This document shows, piece after piece, positions 29,131 through 40,985 of a stretch of DNA of 64,000 nucleotides; positions within the stretch are counted from its first letter, which is position 1, and the number at the start of each line of letters is the position of its first letter. This DNA comes from Carcharhinus longimanus (lineage: Eukaryota), in contig JASCQW010000150.1 of NCBI GenBank assembly GCA_030264375.1, positions 23,169,407 through 23,233,406 of the forward strand. The letters run 5' to 3'. A model generated the notes under the pieces. It saw only the letters and a program-made list of their open reading frames with translations, had not been told where the DNA came from and did not search any database. Made by a program: the position numbers and the translations under genes.

Positions 29131-30277
29131 GGAGCTGGGGCAAACTCTGAAGTTATCACTATAGTTGAATGAGTTACTTATTCAAAGTGGGTAGGGTTGA
29201 CCATTTTTTTCAATATTCTCTTCACAGATTATTCCACTTCTGAATTAGTCCAAACCTAAATTGAGGAATATAGCATTTTTGTATTGGGTGGTTTTGAGGA
29301 AAATGGAGGGGGAGTTTCTCTGGGAATCGGGCATACCATCTCCAGAACAAGTATGAGGCTGCCGGGTGCAGAGGTAGGCTAGGTAGAAGGGCTGCTTTTG
29401 TGCTCTGGAATTGCATTGAAGTTTTTGTAAAATGCAGTAAAATATGAAATAGCTATCCAGCCCTCACCCCTCACACATTTTCATGCCCTATCCATACAAT
29501 CTATGGCCCCTCACATGCCCAATGCCAACTTATGCTCCTTTTCCCACCATCATGATCCTCATATCCTCAGTGCCAACCTATGCACTCCACTCACCATCAT
29601 GCCCCTTTACAATACCAATGCCACTCCCTGTACCAGTATGAACATTCTATGGCCCTTTATAGACTCAAGCCAACTTTGTGCCAACTCATGCCAATCTACC
29701 ACCCTGTGCCCTTAGGACCTACCATGACAACTTATCCAGTATCCATCATGGGCAGACTTCAGGAGCCATGATGAAATTAAATTAAATTTTATGTACTTAT
29801 TGATGAATTCACTATTTTGTAAAAGGTTGCACTCATAAAAACCCCATTCACTACATTTAAATTCTGTCAACTGCATCTAATTAAAACTAACATTTCAGTT
29901 AAGCGCTTAATCCCTTATAAAAAGCAAGCATTAAAATTCATTGTCCCACTTCAAAGAGTATATCACCACTCGTAGCTGTGAATTGGAAGGCACCCTATCT
30001 GAAAATGGAAGATTGTGGAAAAAGTCATGCGGTGATTACCTGGTAACAGGTTATCCCAGGCTTATATGAACAGACAGAGTGAAATAGCAAGCAGTGTTTT
30101 TCTTAACCTGACATTTCTCAGAAATTTAAAGGACAGGAGTTTTAAATGCCTTGGCAGTTTGACATTGCCTTTGACACTTCATTGTGATACTTCTAACAGT
30201 TACAGTGAATTTGCCAGTTACTGAGTTCTTGCACCTTTTTACGCATATTCATGCCTAATTTATTTTAATCCCAAAGT

Positions 30278-30432
30278 GGCACCCTATCTTTCCCAAGGGG
30301 CACTTTACCTCTTCTGAGGGGCACCTGACCTTCCCCAAAAGACACCTGATCTCTCATAAAGGCATCCAATGACCATATTCAAAGGGGAACCCTACCTTGT
30401 CAAAAGAGTACCGCATGTCTCTAAAGGACACT
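30278..30432 (+). repeat. Degenerate ~21-bp minisatellite (about 7 units)
   Basis: Units resemble gcaccctatctttcccaaggg / gcactttacctcttctgaggg / gcacctgaccttccccaaaag. Confidence 0.65.
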
Positions 30433-30577
30433 ACAAAGTTCAGATCTGCTCCAACCAGGTCTAACCTGGGCACATCATGTTTCACATGCCTGGCTCAACA
30501 AAATAACATGAGTCAAGGCATATGCTGATTTAAATGAACAGCTGCCTCTGCTCACTCACAGAAGCTAAACTTATGGA

Positions 30578-30940
30578 ATATTGAGTGGTCTAGATAGAGT
30601 GGATGTTGGGGGGATGTTCCCAGTAATGGGAGAGACTACAACTCAAGGGCACAACCTCAAAGTGAAGGGGCGCTCCTTTAAAACTGAGATGAGGAAGAAT
30701 GTCTTCAGCCAGAGGGAGGTGAATCTGTGGAACTCATTGCCACAGAGGGCTGTGGAGGCTGGGCCATTGAATATCTTTAAGACAGAGATAGATAGGTTTT
30801 TGATCAATAAGGGGATCAAGGATTATGGGCAGAAGGCAGGAGAATGGGGATGAGAATCGTATCAGCCATGATTGAATGATGGAGCAGGCTCAATGAGCCA
30901 AATTGCCTAATTCTGCTCCTACATTCTTATGGTCTTATTG
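30578..30940 (+). mobile_element. CR1 LINE 3' fragment
   Basis: GLDRVD..MFP..GE..TQGHNLKVKG..FKTEMRKNVFSQREVNLWNSLPQRAVEA, followed by a CR1 3' UTR and (tcttatg) tail. Confidence 0.9.
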
Positions 30941-33900
30941 TCTGTGGAACATGCCTGTGTGAATCCCAATGTGGAAACACTCGTACTCCGGACCCCTACA
31001 AAAATGGTAAGTGCCATCTTTGGGATGGGACTTCTGGATTTTGGACTCATCTGCTATTTTCACAAGCATGAAGATTCACCTCCAAAAATCTAGGTTTGTA
31101 TCAGTGAGTTTTGTACAGAAGTAACACACAGAATTAAAAATTCAAAGTTGTTTAAAGAATTAAAAAAATTCTTATCCTATGCCAAATAAATACTCTGAGC
31201 AAAATTTGTTTTGGTGCACAAGGAGGTTTTTACTAGAAATGTGAAGGCAGACAGCATAACCGAACTACCAGGCCAGTAATCAAGGTAGATTGGTTAAGGT
31301 TCTCAAATGCAATAATCTAACATCAAAAACCCTGCTACTTACTGTTCATTGTATAAATCAAAGTTAAGTGCATACAGGTGGGGAACTCTCATTTGATAAT
31401 TACTTAAACATAGATGAAGTGACACTTATTGACAATAAGTGACATTATTGATAGTAGTGAAAGGTTGTAGAATTAGGAGCTATACATTTATACTGTCTCA
31501 CTTTGTGAATAAATCTGAAATTGATTAAGGATTGATTTCTGGATTTCTCCTTCACCAACTGATTGTCAAAAGTTTAACAATGACTTCCACCCATCTACTA
31601 TTTAGAAGTAATTCAAACAAGTATTGATGCTTAAGCCAATTGCATTGAGTCCTACATACTCTTAAAATGTCTTGTAAGAACAAGTCAATACTCTTTTGTG
31701 CTGTACACTGGCAGGCAAGACGAAGTGCAGCATCAGGTCAAGAGGGCAGGGTCTAATTGTATCAGAGTACATAGATGTAATTCAGTCCCCATTTTTAGTG
31801 CTTCCTTATTTTTGTATGATACTGTGACTTCTCATTATTTACAGTTAATTGACAAAACTTGGGGAAATTTGCGAAATGGAGTTGATTGGAACAAAGGGGT
31901 TTCTCCACAAACAGACCAAGAAGTTGGCAGACATAAAAGAGAGGCATTCAAGGACCAGTGCTGACAAAAGGGCCTAATTACAGTGCAACAAGTTTAAGTT
32001 TCCATTATAAATGTGGACACAGGAATTTATAATGGAAGAAAAAGTTGGCACAGAAGTATGATTAAAAAACTAACAGGAAACAACATTTTATGGACAGGAA
32101 ATATAGACAGATGTAAGATTATTAATATATTGAAGCTATGCAAATCAAATTGTAGAAACGTGACTGCAATCAAAGAGCTAAACATGAATGAAGTCCTTCA
32201 AATAAACTAATAATTTCAGCATTTTAGTACATCAACAGTTACTTTTGTAACTTGAAAAACCATAGTTACTTGCAGTCACTCTAGCCATAATTTGCTTTCT
32301 TAACTGGTTGTGCTAATTATTTTTTAAAGGCTGTGTTTGCTGCCAGTGTCGTGCATGCACAGTTAAAGATGATGTTTAGAAAGACTATACTTCTCCAAGT
32401 TGGTAGGCAGAAGGGCAGAATGGAGCAAGGGACCGAGATGAGGAGGGAGGGGAAGCCTCAGACTCATTCAGTAAAGGCTGCAATTCCAGATTACAACTTG
32501 CCTATTCAGCCTTTGGAACATTGGGGCTTCTTCTGGTTGGCTCTTATTCAGATCCCAAAGCTGTTCACTCAGTTTCTGAGTAGGCAGGCAGCTGGACAAG
32601 GCCTCTCCACATTTCTTAATCTCCCACTCTTCCCTCTAACCTGGGCCTGTCACTGGAAAGAAGCCCCAGTGCTGCAAACAGGGGATATTGAGGCTATATT
32701 CCGAAACGGTGGCCATCACCGGGTGGGCGAGAAGTCTCACCTCCCTCCTCATCCCAAAACTCTGAAGACTGCTGCAAATGACATCACTGGTTTGCTGCGC
32801 ACGTGCGCATGGATATTGGCAGTCATCTTGCATTGGCAGGAGACAAGCGTTTTTTAAAATGGTAACATGGTCAAAGCAATGAAAACTACCAAGCTGATCT
32901 CCAGCAGATGCCAAGTCGGTCATAGAACATCTGCCAAGAAAATACTGAAACCCCTATCCAGAACATTTGCATCGTATGCCTGAGACAAAATCAGGACCCC
33001 TTCTGGGTTTCTTCCATTCAAAATCGAAACAGGTAACTTTTGCCAAAAATAGCTGTCCTCCCCAACTGAAAAGGAATTCCAAAGGTGTTCAACCCATTAA
33101 TTTCCTGTCTTTTTATCTCATTATCACTTCGGTACAGCACTCCATTTCATCAGTCTTTTAGCACATCCGTGTTTCTTCAGAGCCAAAAACTTTGTAAAGC
33201 AAAATGATTTCTCACACACCTGTCCAGTTAATCTTTGAACAATTATTGTTTCTGGTAAAATAAATGATGTACATTTATGTTGGGCTGATTCAAATGGTAT
33301 TTTAGCCTAAATGGATCTTGCATTAAAAGTAAGTAAATTAAGACAAATATAGACACTTCTCTACTTAAAAGAAATGTTGAACCCTTTGGCTTTTTATGTT
33401 TTTCTCTCCTCCCATGATCTCACATTACCTGCAGTCCAGAAGGTGGTCTCTCCTGATATTTGCTTTTTCTTTTAAGGAAACCAGACTTTGTGTAGTAGTG
33501 AGCCCTTGCCCAATACTTGTGCATTTGTGATCCAAAGCTGGTAAAGCAAAACATTACAAATTCCCTCTACAGTAGATTGCCACCTTTATTCTCTGCAAAG
33601 TACCACGAAGCATTAATTCTGATGTGGACTTTGCAATAGGTACACTTAAGTCTTTGTTGCCAAATATGCTCTGAGTCACACTGTAAAATAACTGGTGGTA
33701 AAACATACCACCAGGGGAACAAAATCACCCCTGGTCAACCATGACACGAGGAATCTCGTGGATCAGCTTTGGAGTCTGCACACTTGATAACTAATAGTTC
33801 CTGTTCCAGCTGGAAAACAAGGATCCATGCAAATACTCTAGAACTGTTTGCAGCAATGAAGAATTGAAGACATATCAATACTTCATTAAGAATTAAAGCA

Positions 33901-35929
33901 ACTGCCGCTGGAAAACATAACCCTGCATGGTATTAGTTTCCTCATGAAGGTAACAAATCGTGATTCAATCTTCACCCCATAGCAATCCCCTCCCAAATCC
34001 CCCAAATGCATCTGAAAAAGAACTCCAATAAATTGCCACCTTCTTTCTCCTGTTGTGAGAAAGATTCCTTAAAACTTTACAATTCCTAGCAATTTGATTG
34101 CTTCAAGATCAGAGGGCTTTGTCACAATGGAAAGAGACATTAAGAGCTAAGTCTCCCTTAATCCCTTCTCCATCCAATAATTTTACAACTCCATTAAATT
34201 CCTTAACAACCCAAAGCAGCTAAAGAATTCCTAAAACATATTAGGGTTCAGTCGGATACCAAGAATGCCCCCAAGACCTCACACATAATGAAGATGGAGC
34301 AGAAATAGCTCAACTTGAACAAGCTCAGGAAACAAAAAAAACGTTCTTTCATCTTGCTGCAGAGAATCTACAAGCACATTGTATGTTTTATGTATTTTTA
34401 TTCCTCTGCTTTGGTTTTTGCCTTCACACTGCCCATTTTCATGTTTTGACTAGTCCCAGCTGGCAATTTGCATAACTTGAATTTTCTCTAAAGGGCAATA
34501 GCTGCTGTCTCCAATTTACCATTGGATTACTCCCCGTACTATTTATACTAAACATAATTAAGAGAAACTGGGTATTCCTGCTAGTTCCTTGATTAACTCA
34601 CTCATCCTGGAACTAAAGATATTGGACCATTAAAGCACTCTGAAGGTGCTTCTCTCATCAACGTGTAACCTCTATGAGCCTGAATTTATAAATCTGGAAA
34701 AATGTTCAGCTAACAAAGTGAAGAATCTTGTTTTCTTACTTGTTCTAAATTAGCATCATTAGTAATATCTAAATCTACTCATCCAGTCAAAGTAAATTCT
34801 TTCCTATGTTACTGATTGAATCATATCTGCTTGATATGATTCAACTTGGAACTTAATTACAATGATCTGTGTATGTACAGCATTTCTTTGTACTTTGCTA
34901 ATTGATACATGTGTTTACACCAATTTGATATAACTTCTATCTGCAATTATTGACTATTTAACCCTTTTTCCTTTCTTCATCATTATTCTGGATTAATCCT
35001 CAGAATGTTCTGAGTCTCCACATGTTTAACAGCACAATTAGTATGTAACTGACAAGGGCAGTTCAGCCAAATCAAGTAGTGTGCTTTGCAATATATATTT
35101 CTACCATTTGGCCTATATTAGCCTCTGTCTCATTAAAGCTTGCTTGTAACTATTCTCTCATTTTGTTTGTTGCTATTTTAGTGGCTCAAAGAACTCAAGG
35201 ATAAGTATACTCACCAGTAGGCCTCAATTATCAACATATGATACTTAAAATCTGTATGGTCACCATGACCTATATGCGGATGGGAATATGAATACTAGAT
35301 TGGTCAGAGGGAATTTAAGATGTTCTCTCCTTCCAAGAAAAAAGAGTGAAATGTGTGGCAAAAGTGGAAAACCAGATGAAAAGATTTAAAATACACCATT
35401 ATATATAGCATGTAGGAGTCTGTACAGATAGGAATGAGAAAGATTGTGCTCTACTGAAATTGTGCATGTTACACAAAGAAAGGAGAGCAAGGAACTGGAG
35501 GTTTTTCAATGAAACTATTTGTGGGTGAGTTAGGAATATGGAAAGAGTTTATGAGAACTATGGAACTTGGGGTTGAAGGTGATAGCCTGCTGGACAATGC
35601 ATCATCCCTAAGATTCACTTACTTGCTGGGGTTTTGAACAACATGCTGCTGAAATCTACTGAGTGAAATGTGTGGCCAGCAGGCATGGCCAATAGATTCC
35701 CACCTGGCATTCACTGAATGTTGGTCTGCAACCAGGAAGTGTGCGGGGAAGTCCCACTCTCTCATCAATTTCCTCCCTACCCTCCATGAAAGGAAGCCTT
35801 CTATTTTTGGCTCAATTACTAATTATGCAGGGAGTTGCAAGTGAGGATTCACATCATGGTATTATCTAAATGTGATATTACCAAGAAACTCAGTAAAGTC
35901 TCAGCAGTCATTGCTTCAAAGTCATCCGC

Positions 35930-37300
35930 AGTATTTCAAAACAGTTCCAACATTCAAAAGTGGAGAATTACATGTGCCTGATAATTAGAGGTAATTACAA
36001 CCTAACATCTAAAATGGGAAAACACTTGAGACTATTCTACAGAATACTAGAAATGAACATGTAAATACCAAAGGCATCATAAGAAGTAATCAGCAAGGTT
36101 TTGGAAGGAAGTCATGTCTTACAAACTTACTCAAATTCTTTGAGATGATACCGAGTGAATGAGGGTAATACAGTAGTTTACCTGGATTTCTAAAAGGCAT
36201 TTCTCAAAAAACACATTACACGAGGTCAGAAAAAGACTCTTAGTTAATAAAAGTCTAAAGAAAATGAGGTCTGACTTGGAAACATGGGTGAAAATTGCAG
36301 AACTCCCCTAGATCCCCATAATTCAACATTTTCAAATGGCATGGAACAGAGTCTCTGTAGTAGTTTTAACCTGTTGATACAAACCTATCTAGGAAGATGA
36401 TAAGTAGAAATGTTACTATCTTCAGAGAAATTTGGACCAATTACATAGATAAGCTGAGAGATAGTTTAAAATCTGGATAAAAATAGATTCACACCAAAAG
36501 GAATAGATACTTTAAACGTACAGATAGCATGAAAATATCACCAATAATAAAATAGTGGAGGTGATGGCCTAGTGGTATTATCACTAGATTANNNNNNNNN
36601 NNNNNNNNNNNNNNNNNNNNNNGGACCCAGGTTTGAATCCCACCACAGCAGATGGTGGAATTTGAATTCAATAAAAAGAAAATCTGGAATTAAGAATCTC
36701 CTGTTGACTATGAAACCATTGTCAATTGTCAGAAAAATCCATTTGGTTCACTAATGTCCTTTAGGGAACAAAATCTGCCGTCCTTACCCAGTCTGGCTTA
36801 CATGTGACTCCACAGCCACAGCAATGCGGCCTGCCCTTGGGCAACTAGGTATGGGCAATAAATGCTGGCCAGCCAACAAAGCCCATGTCCCACGAATGAA
36901 TAAAAAATAGGCTGGAAGTCAAAGGACTTAGGTCAGTCTAAGGTAGCTAATACCAAGGTAGATCAGATACTAAGCAAGTCAGAACAGGTTGTACTGACAT
37001 GGTATGAATCATTGTTGAGACTATTTCTAGTATTAGGCACGCAGTTTTGATAGCCCTACCTCAAAGATATACTGGAAAAAGTTAAGAGAACAGTGACCAG
37101 GATGATCCCAGGCTTCAGGGGGTTACTTTATGAAGAAACAAAGGTGTGGTTCAACTGATCTGCACAAGAAAATAAGATGCAATAATGGATGGCATAGATG
37201 ACGTGGAAATAAACATGAATGAACATAAAGACTAAAGGGACAAAGTGCAAAATCTCCGAGAGAAGGTTGCTGATTCAGGGGAACGTAAAATCTATTAAAA
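35930..37300 (+). mobile_element. Very old CR1 RT remnant, interrupted by a SINE
   Basis: cagcaaggttttggaaggaagtcatgtcttacaaacttactcaaattctttgag resembles QHGF..G.SCLTNL.EFFE; tacctggatttctaaaaggcattt resembles YLDF.KAF. Confidence 0.6.
36556..36907 (+). mobile_element. tRNA-derived SINE of a different family, tail shared with the LINE at 46198
   Basis: A box tggcctagtgg, B box ggtttgaatcc, core ggttcactaatgtcctttaggg. aaaatag is duplicated at 36549-36555 and 36904-36910. Confidence 0.85.
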
Positions 37301-37980
37301 AAGAGCTGGTTTTTACCACGGTTTCTGGTATACGTGCTAACAAACCTCTACATTTAAAAAAAACTCCAACCATTACCTTTCATTCTACTGGTGATGCTCT
37401 TAAATTTGCGGCCTCTGGTTTCTGACTCACCTTAGAAATATTTAACCACATTGATGGATCATTTTTCCAGAGAAAGTTGTGAAAGGAACATAATGTCCCA
37501 GTAGTAATGGATTAATAGGTGGTGCTGAAGGCAGATCCCAGATGGAATAGTTAGACAAGGACTTTAGAAGAGAAGGCTATATGGACTGACTGACCTGATT
37601 AGATTTATTTTACAGATAAACGTAGTGTGTGTTTCTTTAAATAAAATTTCAACACCATTTCAGCCCATAACTTTGCAGAACTTTGGCAAAGAGTAGTGAA
37701 ACTGCTATGCTATTACAACAAGAAGGTGCGGCCTAGTGCCAAACAAGCAGCTGGCAGCCATGTTTGTTGGCTGCTGCTTTTCCGTTCCTGCTGGCGAAAG
37801 CGGCCCACGTACATTGGGTATTTTTCTCAGCAGAAGAGCAGACCCATGGATAAATACACAGAGTCACTTTAAGAACAGCTCTATTCAGCAAATTGGGAAC
37901 TATAACTCATTACAACACCAACTGAGCTCAGTGAACAAGAAGCTGGCTTCTCTTTTGGGCCGAACATGCTGTACGGTGTG

Positions 37981-38421
37981 AATCACAGAATCCCTACAGT
38001 GCAGAGTACAGTGGGAATAGAGGGATACAAATGGATGGTCTGGTTAGGAACACTTTATTGGTGCAGGCTTGGAGGGCCGAAGGGCCTGCTCCTGTACTGT
38101 ATTGTTCTTTGATCTTTGTTCAGAAGGAGGCCATTCAGCCCATCAAGTCTGCACTGACCACAATCCCACCCAGGCCCTATATCCGTAACCCCACATATTT
38201 ACCCTGCTAATCCCCTGACACTAGGGTCAATTTATCATGGCCAATCAACATAACCTGCACATCTTTGGACAGTGAGAGGAAGCCGGAGCAGCCGGAGGAA
38301 ACCCACGCAGACGCGGGCAAAGGTGCAAACTCCACACAGACAGTGACCCGAGGCCAGAATTGAACCCGGGTCCCTGGCGCTGGGAGGCAGCAGTGCTAGC
38401 CACTGTGCCACCGTGCCACCC
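37981..38421 (-). mobile_element. HE1-type V-SINE (CR1-like tail B) carrying a nested 115-nt insert
   Basis: Same head and V-domain. Tail gctgaatggcctccttctgcactgtagggattct is split at 38006-38120. Confidence 0.9.
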
Positions 38422-38426
38422 GTGCG

Positions 38427-38464
38427 GACGAGGTGGCCAAGTGGTTAAGGCGATGGACTACTAA
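38427..38464 (+). pseudogene. 5' half of tRNA-Ser(GCT)
   Basis: gacgaggtggccaagtggttaaggcgatggactactaa versus the recalled vertebrate GACGAGGTGGCCGAGTGGTTAAGGCGATGGACTGCTAA: 36/38 identical. Homology stops at the end of the anticodon loop. Confidence 0.85.
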
Positions 38465-40379
38465 ATAAGAGCCAACGTAAACTGGAGGGGAAAATGAAGT
38501 GAGGCAATTTTGCCTTGAGCACAACTTCTGCCACTTCCAGCGGTGCATTCGTCAGCTTGTAGCCAACAACAGCAGCAATTCATATATTGTGTATACTTCA
38601 AACGCATCCTTTTTTAAAAAATGTATGTGGTGGAAGGGACGTGTATGAAAGAGCAGTTGTTTACATTATAGGAAATCCCACTCATGATGCCGAGTTCCTC
38701 GCCCACTCATACCTGTGGTGGTTGTGGGTTGTGAGGTTTGATCTCACTCAGTGGAGTAGTTTTCATAAACCACTGCTCATTATTGAATTGCATGAAGCTT
38801 TTCTTTTACTAATGAAGCTAATGACTGAGTAAACAGTATTAAAAGGAAATATAATTAAAATGCAGAAAAGATTTGAAGTGCTGCTGAATTACTTTTAACC
38901 ATACCTGGATACTGAAAACAATAGGCATCAAACACAAGAAGTCATGACGAATGCACAAAGAATGTTCCGGCAAATTCAGGTTCTGATTTTTTTCTCAGCA
39001 GCAATGCTTAACAATTTCTTAACAATTCCTCAGAAGAAGAACGTTAAAACCAACTCACCCACTTCATCAAAATGCATGGCTTGCAACATTAGGCAAGCAA
39101 TTAGAGAATGATGACTGGGATAATACATCCTTGAATCAATTAAACTGAAGGAAAATCAGGTTGGAATTAATTTTTTGCTGCTCAGGAGCAACAGCATTTA
39201 TGGTTCTTCTTAAAGCTATTAAAGCCACTGCACATTCAAATCAGGCCAATGGATAATTTGCACCCCACCCCATGCGAAAATATCTAATACCTCTTTCTAC
39301 AGAATCAAAATCCTGATAACTTATTTTACGTTCCATCATAAAATTGCCAAATCAAAGCCATTTTGCAAACTAACCTCTTTTTCTTCAACATTTTACTCAA
39401 CAGTACATTGCACTTTTAAATGTGGCCTGGCAGTGAAGTATACCTGCCACAAGCATATTGTGGAGACCATAGCTCCCAATCAGATGTATGCAATATGTAA
39501 CGTGCTCCATGCCCTTATTGCTCATGGTAACAAATTAACTATATTCACCATACTTCTTTTATAATAAAAATTACACTTAAAAAAACCCATCTTGCATGAG
39601 TTAATGTAGTTATACACATTTTTTTTAACCTACGGAGGTTTGGGAGCCTGCTTGTTAATTAACACATTAATCCTCTGATTCTGTTCTGAATTCAGCTCCT
39701 GAGGGTCTTTATTTTGCTAGCCAGCAGCAATATTATGCCTCATGGGCGGGTAGTGTTTCATTCCGTGGGACCACACTGTTAAGGAAATACCAACTCAGTC
39801 TGTGTCCCAGCAGAACAATCCAACCTCAGAACGTTAGGTTCCTGGAGTTGTGACTCAAGATTATTTGATCTTTTTTCAATCAAGTTTGCTAGTTTTACAA
39901 ACATCAATGAATCAACTTCACAAAGCCTCATGTTATTTCAGGCATTGGAGAATAAGGTTACAGTGTTCAATAACTTAGTTCAGGTCAGATATCAAAGCAT
40001 TATTGAAGACACCCAACCAAGTTACAAATGGGTTCTTGGAGTCCAATGTCACAGGTATCTTTCTGGAATTTGAATGCATGCAACAAATAATATTGAACTG
40101 TTTTAAATTATGCCTCTATTAGTCTTGCTTCAAATAATTTCACTTCAGGGTCAGCCAGCTCAGATTTGAGCTAGCTTCCATCCTATAATAATTCACCAAG
40201 ATATCTGCTGTAGTTGCATTTTACTGAAGAGAAATGACTTGCAATTTACCCATACAAAAATTACTGGTTGTTCAAAGCTTCGTTCTGGCAGTCAACACAA
40301 TAATAAAGAGCATTATTTGAAGAACAGCAAACAGTTCTCCTTGTGTCAAAGCCAATATTCCTTTCTCAACCAACATCAA

Positions 40380-40985
40380 CAAAAAATAGAAAATGCTGAA
40401 AATACTCAGCAATATCTCTGGAGTGAGAAACAAGGTTAACATTTCAAGTCAATTACCTTTTGTCAGAAACGGAATAATGTGACATGTTTTGTGCAAGTAC
40501 AGAAACAAAGGGGTAGAATGGTGGAAAGAAAACAAATGGGAAGGTCTGATTGAAGGTGACAGGTTAAGAGTTACATTTCAAATATTTTCCAGTTAAGGGA
40601 AGGGCTGTGCTTGAGATGTTCACTGGAATCCTATCGCCCTGCCTGCCATGGGAATAGGAGTGGGCAAGAGGTGAACAATGAAAAGATCTATTGACCCCGG
40701 GCCAGATTTTCCCATCTCGGCCCCAGGTGGTGTGATTCCCGGCAGTGGTGGCAACTCACCATTGGCTGGTGGCCAGCTCTTCTAGTCCCACTGATGTTTA
40801 CAGCTTTCTACCGCCAGGAGAGGGCTGGGGGGGAGGTGCTGCCATCAACAGGACTGGAAAATCCCACCAGCGGAAAGGGGCAGAGAAATTCTGCCTTCTG
40901 TTTTTCTCTCTCCACTGGCTAAGTACTTGCAATATTTCTTTTGTGCTTGTTTCAGATTTCCAGCATCTGCAGTGTTTTGCTATGA
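40380..40985. mobile_element. Old Penelope-type terminal repeats in inverted orientation, with a GC-rich repeat between them
   Basis: 40380-40470 reads as a decayed ctgacaaaagg...gaaatgttaac end on the minus strand. 40900-40985 (tttcagatttccagcatctgcag) is the same type of end on the plus strand. A similar remnant lies at ~1890-2012. Confidence 0.45.
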
